Source: Coniocarpon cinnabarinum
Lineage: Eukaryota
Assembly: GCA_051942205.1 (NCBI GenBank)
Contig: JAVECO010000023.1
Coordinates: 62,001 to 126,000, forward strand
Direction of reading: 5' to 3'
DNA: 64,000 nt
Shown here: positions 23,135-37,347 of the stretch, piece by piece
Layout of the letters: each line of letters begins with the position of its first letter
Position numbering within the stretch: position 1 is the first letter of the stretch
Made by a program: the position numbers and the translations under genes
Notes under the pieces: generated by a model
Told to the model about the DNA's origin: nothing
Seen by the model: only the letters and a program-made list of their open reading frames with translations
Databases searched by the model: none

Positions 23135-24022
23135 ACCGATTTTATGACAGCATGGCTTGTTTCATTGTAATCTATGAATTTGTGCGTCTTTGGCCTGTCA
23201 CAAGCAACGCCACTCCATGGCAAGGCTGTCTTGACCGAAGTGGTCGTGTTACACAAAAGTACAGGGACATGTCCAATTACGGTCACTTGATGCGGAGAAC
23301 ACAACGTCACAGACGGAAGGTACCAGGGCGAAACTGAGGAAGACGCAGCCACAGCACACAGAGCGAACAACCCACCCTTGAAGCACAACAACGGATCATC
23401 TGCGCTATCAAAGCATCATGATTGCAGCATATGCTTGCGCAAAGGACGCCACATTTCAAAGCTCAGGCGACATTACCCCAAAACATCCACCTCTACAGTA
23501 GTCAATCAACGACATTCTCGTGCATAGGCTCCGGAGCTATGTCAATGCGCTAAAGGGGTAAGGTGATCGTTTTCCTCCACCATGGAATATGGGGTCAATT
23601 GGATCTTATCGGTAGCAATTACACTCAAAACTAGAATCACGGGTTGGCCATAGCAACTATCTGTTCAACAAAAGTTATGCAGGGGGTTACGATGAGCACG
23701 CGAGAGGCGATTAAGAAAGTCATCCCCGAGATCGATTTTTCGTCTTCTATAGCGGCTATGCAAATTTAATATGACCTTTACAGGATCATTACTGGACTAT
23801 TCTAACAGCTAGCGTACGCCTGTCTCGCCAAAATTATCCATGATGTGTCTCTCGTGGGCCTTCTGAATCTCTCATACTGAGCCTCTCTATGCCGCGATGA
23901 ATAGTGATGCCCCCTTTCGCGGTCCAGTATCATGTGCGCAGGATGGCTGAAGTCTACCCAGATGCCTCATGGATACACACTCTCAAGAACGAGCAAACGA
24001 GCTATAGGGCCTCGACACTAAA

Positions 24023-26373
24023 CTATGGCGAGTCTTCAGGCAGGTGAGAAAACTCCATTAGCAGTGTCCTTATCTCCTCCGTTCGGCCGCGCTCTTGACG
24101 GGCCTGTCTCCACAGGCTGAAGCCATACTCATTCAATATCATCCATTTGCGATACTCGAAAGCGGTGCGTGCGCTCCAATGCTCTGCTTGATTGTTGGCA
24201 CCATGCGCCTGGACACACCTGATCGCGTCTTTCTGCTCTCCAAAATTATGCCACCTGGGCCACACCACCTGGTGCAATATCGGCACGTTTGAAGGGAGCT
24301 TTGAGTCTGGTGGCAGCAAGGCCTGGACTTTTGAGAGGTTTTGAATGATAATAGCGAGCTCCAACGGGGTCCAGCCAGATGAGGAGCGAAGATGTACGTC
24401 TGCCCCACTTTCAACCAGCAGCTTTATGATAGATACAGCATCGGGCGTGTAGCATAGAATTGCAGTGTGTAAAGGCGTTTCATGCTTACGTCCCTGTCCA
24501 TTGTAAGGAGATATTTGTAGGGTACGTTCTGTAGATGACTGCTCATTAATATGCCGTGCAACGGAAGCGGTATCCAGAAGGACTCGTATCACCTCAACAT
24601 GGCCGTAGAGCGCCGTCAATGCCATGGCGTTGCTTGCGGGACCAGCAGAAGCTACCATGGCGGGATTGGCATTTGCCAAAAGCAGAAGCTTCGCAATCGT
24701 CGCATGCCCCTCTAGACATGCAATCATAAGAGGAGTAAGTCCCATGTCGCCAAACCCTTGGTTCACTGCTGATCCGGCGCGAAGCAGCACCGTAACTGTC
24801 TCAATGTCGCCCCGAAATGCCGCATACCAAAGGGCGGAGAAGCTACCATGTATGTCTTTACCCACGCCTTGATTTCTCATCACCATGTTTAGAGGTGTGC
24901 CGGAGCTACTTGCGAACCGCACGCTAACAGTTTGCTGGAAGAAGCGATCAGGGCTCTTGTATATGCAGACTTTATCTTGCTGGGAGCAGAGGTCGACTGC
25001 CTCATCTGCCCGAAGGAGGCGCTCCACAATATGATGAAAGCCACGCTTAGAAGCGATTAAAAGAGGTGTTAACCTAACATTTGACTGCATGACGAAGTTT
25101 GGATCGGCACCAAGCCCGAGGACTGCGTCGACGACTGGCAAATGACCTGCGTCGCATGCCCACAAGAGACTATTGACGAGATGGCCCTTGCCAGCTTCAG
25201 TCATCGTCAAATAGTCCAAGTTTATCGAGCAGTCCTGTAAACCTTCAGACCAGAGATACCCTAATTCTTTCAATTTCTCAACCACGTATCTAGGTGAACG
25301 GCCAGCAACATCGAGACGGTCTGGTGGACCCAAAATCTGTTCGGGTGTTGAGAGGACGATCGATTTTCCACAGTTCGAGCCTGGAGATCTTCTCTTACCT
25401 GGCGCATTTTTTGGCGCCTCATTAGATATTGGGAGATCCGGCGAGCCTGCGTGTCCGGCCGCACTGGCGCTCAAGAAAAAATCAGGATCAGCTCCTGCTG
25501 GAGCTCCAAACCCTTGGGAGGACACAAGATCATTGTCCAATATCGGTTCACTTGGCATGATTGAAGCACGGGATCCTCCATGTGTTAGACTTTGCGGCAC
25601 TCTTCCTTCGCCGTGGCTGCCCAAATCTGCATCAATCCCGGAGACAGAGCTTGCAGAAGCTGCACTGGACAGGGCGCTAGACGCTGCCTCCAGGATTTGC
25701 TCCGATTACTTGATAGCCATCCGAGCAGCGGGATCTCGCCGCGATGAGTTGTTGGAGATGGTTTTCCTCAGCATCTGCCTAATCTCGGTCACGACAGACA
25801 TCAGATCTGCGAATTTGGGCTCCAGCAATGCGCTTGTCGCCGCTGAAGAGTTCATCGAAGTGTTGCTAAAGACAGCATCAGTATGGCAGTGAGAGAATGA
25901 GCGGTCGATCCCATTTACAGTGTAACTATATGTAAGGAAGTCATTATGTTGAGCTTATGAGTGTGCGCTTGCTCTCGGAGGTCACGTATGAGTGGCAGAT
26001 CCAGATCCATTTGTATTTGCGCGACTGCCTTCGAAATTGTTGAGCTATTCAGTCCACGCTTGCGGAGTGGTGCCAGCACAATTTCGAACTGGACCGCGAT
26101 AGCTCTGCAATGGTCTACAGAGCTTTCCAACAGAGACCATGCTTGTTCTGAGTCCTGAGATGAAGACTCAACCGCAGTAGCCTGCGTCAGTGATGAGTTC
26201 GTGGCGTCAAGCGCCTTCTGCAGGCTCGTCACTTCATTCAACAAAGCTTGCACAGCCTGGTCTACCCGCGGCGTTTGCTTGATGAAAAGATTGAGATATT
26301 TGGTGACGGCGGCAAGTTGCTTCACGAGCTATGCCGTACCAGCGATGATGCCATAAATCGATGCTGGATCCAT
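24023..26373 (-). pseudogene. Fungal STAND-type N-terminal helical domain plus ankyrin repeats; two in-frame nonsense codons
   Basis: ATG 26373 MDPASIYGIIAGTA*LVKQL (TAG at 26331-26329); intron ~25865-25918; second in-frame TAA at 25708-25706; then ankyrin repeats (LTPLLIASKRG, SALWYAAFRG, LTPLMIACLEG, ETPLHTAI, GWTPLELA). Confidence 0.75.
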
Positions 26374-27121
26374 GTGACGGCAATGCGGTTTGTTGGACGT
26401 GCGCCCCGGCCCGTTCCCAATGTCATAGACGTGAGAAAGTTTCTATCAGTCACCAGTCGAAAGCAAGCAGTACCTCACTTGTGAGCTATGTTGGTGCTGG
26501 TTCTCCATTATAGATGAATGGCAATGAGGCTGAGTCGAGGCTGGTAAGGCTACAGCAAGGCATACGCCTTGGTGGGGAAGGTACATGGTACTCCAACGCG
26601 TCCTCGACAAGAGCTCTTGCTACAAGCCGAAAGCTGAGAAGGCTGTGAAAGCAGATCCTTTCCAATGCCGTGGCTCTAGCCATGACCCCGTAGGTACCTT
26701 CCGATGCTTAAAAGTGTCCAAAGATGAGGTATTGAAGTGATATTTGCGCTGCAGGGGTTGTCTGGCCCTACTCGCTGGCAAAGTCCATGGACACCCTTCG
26801 TCGTAGCAAGGTAATAGTCTCGGCCATGAGCAAGCAGCAAATAGGAACACTGCGCGGGTCGCCGAAGCTGCTGGTGCCTCACAAAGCCCTGAGGAATGGC
26901 ATACCTACCTTACCCACGTCTCGTCACGTGAATGTTCTTGAAGCTCCACCCACTCTCACTCTGATGCCGTCATTGGACATCACCGGTGGCGCACTTTATT
27001 TTAGCGGCCGCCGCGGCGCCTTAAGGTACGCCGTGTGGTCTGCTTTCTTTCGTACGTTGTCGCTTCCTCTCCAATCTTTATAGCTTACTGTGCTTGCTGT
27101 ATCCCTCACACGCCCGCTATC

Positions 27122-28060
27122 ATGCTCGTCCAAGTGTTTGCTGCTGCGCTGCTTGCCTGTCAGACGCTTGCATTACCCCTGACAGATCCATCTCCACCCG
27201 CACGCTACTCCAGCTTGGTGGTTTTTGGGGATTCCTTCTCTGACAACGGCAACGAGTTCCGTCTCTCGAATCAGTCCTGGCCGGCAGATCCAGCTTATTT
27301 CCACGGACGCTTTTCCAATGGCTTGGAGTGGAACGAGGTCCTCGCTCACAACCTCAGCATCCCATTGCATAACTACGCCTATGCAGGAGCGACTACCGAC
27401 AATGCACTTGCTCAAGGATACTCAGGCCACGGTTCGACGCTGCCAGTGCCCTCGTTGAGCGATCAGGTTCAGACCTTCCTGCAGCAGACTCCTCCCGATG
27501 CTCCCCTTGACTCTTCCCTTTTCGCGTTCTTGGGTGGGGCCAATGATGTTATCTTCGACCCCAATATCACTGCCATACAGTCAGTAGGAGCCATCTCAAT
27601 GCTGGTCACTCGGCTGAGGAACGCTGGTGCACAAAACTTCCTCCTTCTCAACTACCCAGATCTCAGCAACCTGCCGTACAACTTCTACATCCCCCTTGAA
27701 GAACAGATGCAGTTTCGGGATTTCTCTCACGACCTAGATGCCGGCTTGACATCGCTTCATGCGAGCCTTGTCGGGTCGGGGAGGTCCCCCACGCAACCCA
27801 CAATGTCAGCGCACGTGCGAGCTGACTACGTGAATCTCATGCCGCTGTTTGAGACATTCAACTATTGGGAAGGCGGGTGGCGCGAGGCCGGCTTTGACAA
27901 GTTCGGGCTCTACGGTAGTTGCCTGGTCGGAGCGTACGTTGAGCAGCCCCAGCGCACACTGTGTAACAATCCAGAGCAGCATGTGTTCTGGGACGAGTAT
28001 CATCCTACGGCGGTCTCGCACAGAATCATAGCTCAAACTATCATGGGTGCTTTGGGGTAG
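27122..28060 (+). CDS. Secreted GDSL/SGNH esterase (carbohydrate esterase CE16-like)
   Basis: Signal peptide MLVQVFAAALLACQTLA; blocks VVFGDSFSDNG, GRFSNG, NYAYAGAT, GGANDV, FWDEYHPT. Confidence 0.88.
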   Translation: MLVQVFAAALLACQTLALPLTDPSPPARYSSLVVFGDSFSDNGNEFRLSNQSWPADPAYFHGRFSNGLEWNEVLAHNLSIPLHNYAYAGATTDNALAQGYSGHGSTLPVPSLSDQVQTFLQQTPPDAPLDSSLFAFLGGANDVIFDPNITAIQSVGAISMLVTRLRNAGAQNFLLLNYPDLSNLPYNFYIPLEEQMQFRDFSHDLDAGLTSLHASLVGSGRSPTQPTMSAHVRADYVNLMPLFETFNYWEGGWREAGFDKFGLYGSCLVGAYVEQPQRTLCNNPEQHVFWDEYHPTAVSHRIIAQTIMGALG

Positions 28061-28454
28061 ATCATCCCTTTCTGCTCTCATGAGCAATCTGTCCAATACC
28101 TTTCATAAGTTTCTTTGAACATCGGTAGCATGCATCTAGGTATCTAAATAAGCTCGTAACAGTCTTGCTTATGCTGATGCAACTTGCTACCTGCCATCTT
28201 AAGTTGGCACCTCTCCTAGTATCACAACGCGAAGCGAGTTACTTTTAGCGTTGCCGACAGGAACTCCGAGATTCGGGTACCTTGCAGGAGCTGTCCGGAA
28301 ATGGAGAGAGGTACACTGTAAAGCTTGTTGTACGTTAAACGGGCTGCTCAGGTGTCTTGTTCAAAGGTCAATCTTGAGCAGAGATGACATCCAATCGGAC
28401 GAATCATTATCCTGCATTACGCTTTGGACCTCAAGAGAAGAGATCATCGAAATC

Positions 28455-29713
28455 ATGACGGATCCCCAGAAACTGATTCGAGATATGCAGAGCCTTGACT
28501 GCAATGCTTTGTCGAATGATAGAAAGACCCGAAGCGAACTACTCGCTGCGAGTCAAGCACTCTGTAGTCGGCTGGAAACCCCTTGGGATACCATACTCCG
28601 CATGATAACGATCGAGGTATATCGCCTACTTCCTTTCCGACCCAGCCCAAACCTTCTCGTGCCTCTTCTTGCTCAGATTCTGACCGCCTCAAGTAGCCAG
28701 CTGTCCTTTTATCCGTCAAGATCGCCACAGACCTCAGACTCTTCTCGACCATTCACAGACTCGAAAATGCAGCGACCTGCTCACAACTCGCTTCTACACT
28801 CGATCTCGAATCGAGCTTCGTGGAGCGTCTTTGTCGCCACTTGGTCGCTGCGCACATCTTCGTTTGCCATTACGCAACCGGCAAATTCACTCTCACCCCT
28901 TTGGCGACTGAGCTTGGTACTAGTGACTCTGGCATGTCGGGTGCAATTACCTTCATGCTTGAAGTCTACTTCCCCGTCTTCGCTCGAATACCAGCCTTGC
29001 TGCGTCAGCAGCGCTATACCGCGCAAAACGGTCTCTTCAAAGAAGCTAGCGGCACCGATCAGAGTCTTTACGACTTCCTCGGCGCGAATCCAGAGCGCTC
29101 AGAACAGTTCTTTGGCATGGTCACGGGCTATGCGGCTACCAGACAGAAATGGACAGACGTCTATTCCACCAATTCTCTCCTTGAGCCTCATGCTTCGACA
29201 GCTCCTTCAAGTGAGGTTGCGTTCGTTGACGTGGGTGGAGGCAATGGTCATGACATTGTGGAGCTTCTTGCCAAGCACCCTTCATTAGCTAGTAGACTGG
29301 TTCTCCAAGATCTGCCTGATGTTCTGGCCACTTCAGACGTCCCTGATGGTGTTGGAAAAGTGGCACACGACTTCTTCACTCCGCAGCCGCTTCGTAATGC
29401 CCGCGCTTACTTCCTTCACAGCGTGCTCCACAACTACAACGACAATGATGCAGTCAAGGTTTTGCAAATGCTCAAGCCGGCTCTGAAGAGAGGCTGGAGT
29501 CGTGTGCTTATCATGGATGTGGTAATTCCCGAAGAGAATCCAGGGTTGCTGGCTTGTAGTCTGGACATGCGAATGTTGTGGAATTTTGGATCAGGCGAGA
29601 GGAGCGAGCGGCAGTGGAGGAATGTCATTGAGAAAGCGAGATTGAGCGTCAAGAAGATTTGGTGGCCTGCGTGGGAGGGAGCGTGTGTGATTGAGTGTAT
29701 ACTCGAAGAGTAA
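28455..29713 (+). CDS. SAM-dependent O-methyltransferase (fungal OmtA/OmtB-like, Methyltransf_2); intron ~28617-28696
   Basis: N-terminal LLAASQALCSRLETPWD; VDVGGGNGH, LVLQDLP, HDFFTPQP, AYFLHSVLHNYND, ERSERQW. Confidence 0.88.
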
Positions 29714-30806
29714 TGAAGTAGGCGTTGCTTCCATCTCTCGCATCGTCTCCACAAGCTTAGCTCAATCACCACAAGGGACACCAGTAACTCATTGGTTTTC
29801 TTCTCGTTGGTAGCATTGGTATGAAGCACTCGAGTAAATCTGCCTGGATATTGCAACAAGCTGTCAGTGAAAGTTTCGTGGTGCGTAAAGGTGATATCGC
29901 AACACCTGCAAAGGCTGTGTGATGGCACGGATGACTGGCACCTCACGTTCCAACCCACAGTAACAGGAACTCAAACACTGCAGTGCTGCAAGGAGATTTT
30001 GAGGTCGCAATGAAGACGGTGCTTAGGCTGTACAATGGTGTAGCCAATACATATCCTACACATCAATGGATATGGAGTGACAATTGAGCTATTACGGGCT
30101 GTCCACGGGAATCAGGGCTCTATCCAACAAGGTAACTCGCTGGTCAACATTCGAGCCTCACAGCCTTCTGATACATCCATCATAAATTCAGTAAAAGGCC
30201 TGTGAACCCCTCAAATAAAAAACATAGAAGCGAACATGGGCGGGAGAGATGTTGAACTAATACTTCGAATATCAAGAGCAGTTTCTGTTTGTCCATTTCC
30301 ACCCGCAAGAGCGCATAAGAGCTTCTTGCAAAATACAAGAGCGATTAAGAGAGCTAATAGTGCTGTTTGTGGGCCAGGCAGGAGAGTAGGATGGACATCA
30401 TCTCGATGCGAGAGCACTCGACAACGTTGCTTTAAGAGGGGCCAAGGTAAGTAGGCTTGTTGAGCCTACTCTTGTGGTGTCAACAAGCTCTGAAGTGCAG
30501 CAGCGACAGCACTTCGTGGGCTTCTGGTTGTAAGTTGCCGATCTTCGATTACAGTGCAAATACATAGTGTACGTGTCCGCTTTTTCAACGAGATCGCCGC
30601 CTTGAGGGGACATCATTACATTCACCGAAAACACGTGGACCGGAGACCGGAGATGGTGTGAAAGATATCGTAGACAAGCATACCTGTACATATACCACCG
30701 TCTGAGCTTATGCGCGTTAAACGCAACCAACGCCACCGCATGCAAACTCTTCACTTTCGTCCTCCGCCTTCATCGCTCCGCCGCCCAAACTGAAATCACA
30801 AAGCGC

Positions 30807-32526
<1,720 letters not shown>

Positions 32527-34283
32527 GCTCGGAATTCAGTGGAGAGGAGGCTACAAGTAGACGAAGAGGAGGCGAAGGACTGCGAGCAGGCAAAGGGGTG
32601 ACCTATGTCTTCTAAAAATCTACAACGAGTTGCAACAGCGCAACAATGACAAGCTCCTTCGCTGTAGTTACATAAGCATACAGCATCACGTGATACGTCG
32701 GTCCTCAGCGCGAACGCAGGGGAAAAGATGTCATAAGATATGTACATCCCTCCAATTCGAGTATCATGCTACAGTCTAAGAGCGGCTTCTACAATGCGCA
32801 ACATGGGTCGACTGGCCTTATGTGCACTCGCTTATCAGATTTCAAAGGAAGCCACCCTGTGTTACAGACACGCAGTACATGATCTGCATCCTGCGGTCGC
32901 ACAAGGAAGGCGAAATCCTTTGAAACAGGTTTGGCGAGAAAGTTCAGAGATTGCGCAATAACGACGTAGCGACAAAACTGCTCGCACAGTTTGCATGCTT
33001 GCGGAGCCATTGTAAGTCTAGGATAGAACGACTGAAGGAAGCATGAACGCAAATATACCATGAGATCTTCTGCCCACTGTACTTCTACCCATACATTGGA
33101 TCCATGGAATTAGTCGACTGCTCAAACTCGTTCCGCTTCTTGAGCTTCTGTCTCCAGCTCAGCGGTTGTTACAGTCGTTCAACAGGCTCCTAGCCGAACA
33201 GAGTAGAGTAAGATTCGTGTAGCCCGCTGAAATATTCCGTGTCTAACTCTACGTTCACGAAGTCTTTGATGATGTGACGATGGTTCAAAGTCGAAGCGTC
33301 TGTGCTGATCTAACCGCAGAAGTAGCGCCTGGTGCTCTGCTGTGGATTGTAACCGACGGACCTGTAGCAGTGCCCATTAGCATGATTGAAATTCTGACGA
33401 TAAGACTTTCCACGTTCAACTCCACGTTCAAAGACTACAGGAACACCGCTAGTTTAACAAGCGGTTCAGCATGGGTGAGCGACACAGTCTCTTTCTGACA
33501 GAAGCGAAGTTAGTGAGCTCTGAAAACCTTCACCAAGGTAGACGGCAGAACAAAGTCAAAAGGACGCTTTATAGTACTGCAGAACGGATCATCAGTGCTA
33601 TATGGAACTTGGGTTGACAGGCTTTCCGCACAGCCATACCACCATCACTCCTTTGCAGCCTCTCTTACGTAAGCGTTCGCAAATTGTTCATTGGCACCTT
33701 GTAGCTGCCAGAAATAGCTGCCAGAAACGCAAATCATGGGCATATCATTAGTGCTTCAAGGTATCTGCACTTGCTATGCCCCTATGTTAGACATGTAGTA
33801 AGCACTAGCGCTTTCAGAACAGCATATGCGCGTCGTCCAAGATTTTGGGCTCATTTTTTAGCTGATCGCAGTGAACCGGATTTGAAAGCTTCGCAATCCA
33901 GCTATCCGCATTTGTGCGGGCTACTCGTGGCGAAGAGAAGCTCAAGCTCATTCATCATCACCAGAAAGTTACGTTCTGACCAATTAAATCTCTGTGCGGG
34001 AGCCAGTCTCTCCATGTGCTTTCTACGTTAGTCGCCGGAGAATCTTTTTAGAAAGATGTTACATCCAATGTTGTACATCCTTCATCAATTGCGTCCACCT
34101 TGGGACTTTCGACTGTCTCATCACTAAGTACCTGCGGATTCTGCAGGGCTTCTCATCGAACGCCGGCCAGACGCATCCACGCAAATTGTGCTGCGCACTT
34201 CTTGCAGACATTTGGCCCCCCCAGCGAAGATGGCATGGCGAGTTTGCTGGACTTGTTTATAAGAGACCCCATCTTTTCACCAG

Positions 34284-36200
34284 TCAAGTCGTGTCGTCCG
34301 GCGGAAACAGTGCATCCGTAATGAATCGTTCTGCTTCCTTCAACTCAACCTTTTGGCCCTTTTCCTTGCCTCGTTTGGCCATCTGTCCGACGAGCCACAT
34401 AAGCTTTCCCCGCTTTTTGCCTTGAGTTTTACTCAGTTCATCTTTCGCTTTCTGTGCCATCTCTTGATTGACAGTGATTACATCTCGAGCAATCCCAACG
34501 TACAGTTCCTCGTCAACAGGTTGAACCCAAAAATTTTGTTCGGCGATCAGACGATCCACTAGAATCTGCGCTGCTCCTGCTCTGGCTTGCATTGTTGTTT
34601 CATTCTTCGCCTGCGGACTCCTCGACTCAGGATCGCTCAAAAATGTGCAATGAGGGAGCAACGCACGCGCAGACTGCTGTGTGATACCCCCGCGCAGCAG
34701 ACGTATCGCAATAGCTGCAAGGAGAGGAGTACTCATAACCAGTTCAGGGTCCAGGTTCGATGTGGAAGCGTGGAGGTCGTATTTGTAGGGGAATGGAAGA
34801 CTGTGAGCGGAGATGAAGTTGGGAATTTCCATGAGCACCCAGTTGCTTACCGTCTTGCTGACTCGCTTTGCGGTATCTGCTGCCTTAACCTCAGATTCGC
34901 AGAGCAGCATATCGATATGACGCAATGTATCAAGGTAGAACTCAAGTCTCTCTCCATCATCAAGTGAAATAAGGGTCTTTGCATCTTTGACACTCAGGCC
35001 ATGGGACACGTCAACTGTTGTGAGCTGTTTGAAAGCATCGTCCGGCCTTGTTGGCATTGACAGGAGAACATGTGTAACAAGATCTTGGCCAATGCGCAGT
35101 GGTTCCAAGTCAGGGTCAGGCATGTATCTGTAATCGACCTCGCCTTCCTTCCCACGAAGCCTTCGAGTATTGGATGTGCCTAGCGTCCAACCTCGGGTCT
35201 CACCAACAATAACGCCACCGGCCTCGAGAACGCCAATTTGTCGATCTCGCTCTGCGACAATGGCATCCTCAACGGCTTTGAAGCTGCTCAGATTCTTGAT
35301 TTCGGTCCGCTGACCAAGATCTGTAACGCCAGCGTATTCCATAGGACCTCGTTGGCCTTTGCGACGGACGGAGACGTTCACATCTGCCCTCAATCCACCC
35401 AACTCCATGCCGGTACTGTTAGCACCCACACTTTGGAGCAAGGCTTGTATTTTCCTTACGACAGCCGCGGCAGTCTTTGGACTTTTGATCTCCGGTCGTG
35501 TGATAATCTCGACAAGCGGAAGGCCTGCTCGGTTGAAGTCAAGCAAGTGGAGGTCTGGCGGCTGCAGCGTCGTCTTTGCGGTATCTTGCTCCATCTGCAC
35601 CTGTTTGACGCCGATACTGATCCCATTTGGCTCGAACAAGATGTCCACAGGATCTGGGTCATCCCATGGGTATAATGCTACATGTCCATTCTTTGCAAAC
35701 GGCTCATAGTACTGCGTGATCTGATAGCCCTGTGGCTGGTCCCACCAGAAGTAGTGCTTGCGATCCCATGCCGATCGTGCTTGAATGTCGCACTTTAATG
35801 CCAAAGCGGCGCGCAAGGCCGGGAGTAGCACTCCGCTCTGGAACTTCGGCTGTGCACCGGGTATAGCTGTGTCGAACGCAGTGGCATGGGTATTCGGCGC
35901 CGATGTTACGGTTGGGGCAGCGGATGAGAAGAGTTTATGCGATGTTGAGAGCTCCGCATGTATTTCGAGTCCAACCCTGAGATCCCATCCATCGATGTGC
36001 TGACTATAAACATTTCCCGCGTTCTTTGCGTGCTGCGTATCCTTCAGTTGATTCCTCAGTGGGGTGGGCTGGCTGTGCAAGCTGCAAGCATTACACCATG
36101 CCACAGTCTTGCCATTTCGGAGATCTCGACGCCAGCCCTGGCGGTGGACTAGCCTTTGCAGTGGTCGTATTGTGCAAGTTGAGGCAGTTCGGCAGGTCAT
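34284..36200 (-). CDS. PET112: Mitochondrial Glu-tRNA(Gln) amidotransferase subunit B
   Basis: VGLEIHAEL, DRKHYFWWDQPQGYQITQ, QMEQDTAK, DFNRAGLPLVEI, LRADVNVSV, TEIKNL, DYRYMPDPDL; first in-frame ATG at 36200. Confidence 0.93.
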   Translation of the reverse strand: MTCRTASTCTIRPLQRLVHRQGWRRDLRNGKTVAWCNACSLHSQPTPLRNQLKDTQHAKNAGNVYSQHIDGWDLRVGLEIHAELSTSHKLFSSAAPTVTSAPNTHATAFDTAIPGAQPKFQSGVLLPALRAALALKCDIQARSAWDRKHYFWWDQPQGYQITQYYEPFAKNGHVALYPWDDPDPVDILFEPNGISIGVKQVQMEQDTAKTTLQPPDLHLLDFNRAGLPLVEIITRPEIKSPKTAAAVVRKIQALLQSVGANSTGMELGGLRADVNVSVRRKGQRGPMEYAGVTDLGQRTEIKNLSSFKAVEDAIVAERDRQIGVLEAGGVIVGETRGWTLGTSNTRRLRGKEGEVDYRYMPDPDLEPLRIGQDLVTHVLLSMPTRPDDAFKQLTTVDVSHGLSVKDAKTLISLDDGERLEFYLDTLRHIDMLLCESEVKAADTAKRVSKTVSNWVLMEIPNFISAHSLPFPYKYDLHASTSNLDPELVMSTPLLAAIAIRLLRGGITQQSARALLPHCTFLSDPESRSPQAKNETTMQARAGAAQILVDRLIAEQNFWVQPVDEELYVGIARDVITVNQEMAQKAKDELSKTQGKKRGKLMWLVGQMAKRGKEKGQKVELKEAERFITDALFPPDDTT

Positions 36201-36679
36201 GCGAAATGTGAAGTCCCAGCGACAGTAACTTAAACATCTGTGAATCGGTGTTGACAGACCTGGACAAAGGCATTGCTTGTGGGACACACCCTACACCTTT
36301 TCGAGGCATGAGGCCGAGGTGTCCGAGTGACGCACGGAGGTATCCGTCGTGGCGTATATACGGGAAGGACAACATAGGTACTGTTACGCGGCGTTCATCA
36401 TAAGCATCGCATGTATTCCATGGGCACAAACAAAACTTGCACATAGGGCTCGCCTTCATAGACTATCCGGTCTTTCAGCATTCATGCTTGCGCTGCATAG
36501 CTCATGTGTGATCATGACTTTCTGACGTCCTCCGATTACAAGAGGTTGAATGCTACCGTTTCCTGCAGAGCGCGCAGAACAACAAATGCCTTGCCCTTCG
36601 ACCAACGTCTTATAATGACAGTTTCGTTGACGTCGTGTCATATGCTTGTCTCCTCCATCGTCACCTCCACATCATCCTG

Positions 36680-37347
<668 letters not shown>

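Noticed and set aside
26329..26331. Premature TAG as an A-to-I editing-corrected stop
   Set aside because: A second TAA stop lies in the same gene and Trp is not expected at this position; plain nonsense mutation is simpler.
27122..29713. GDSL esterase plus O-methyltransferase as a secondary-metabolite cluster
   Set aside because: No PKS, NRPS, terpene synthase, transporter or cluster transcription factor nearby.
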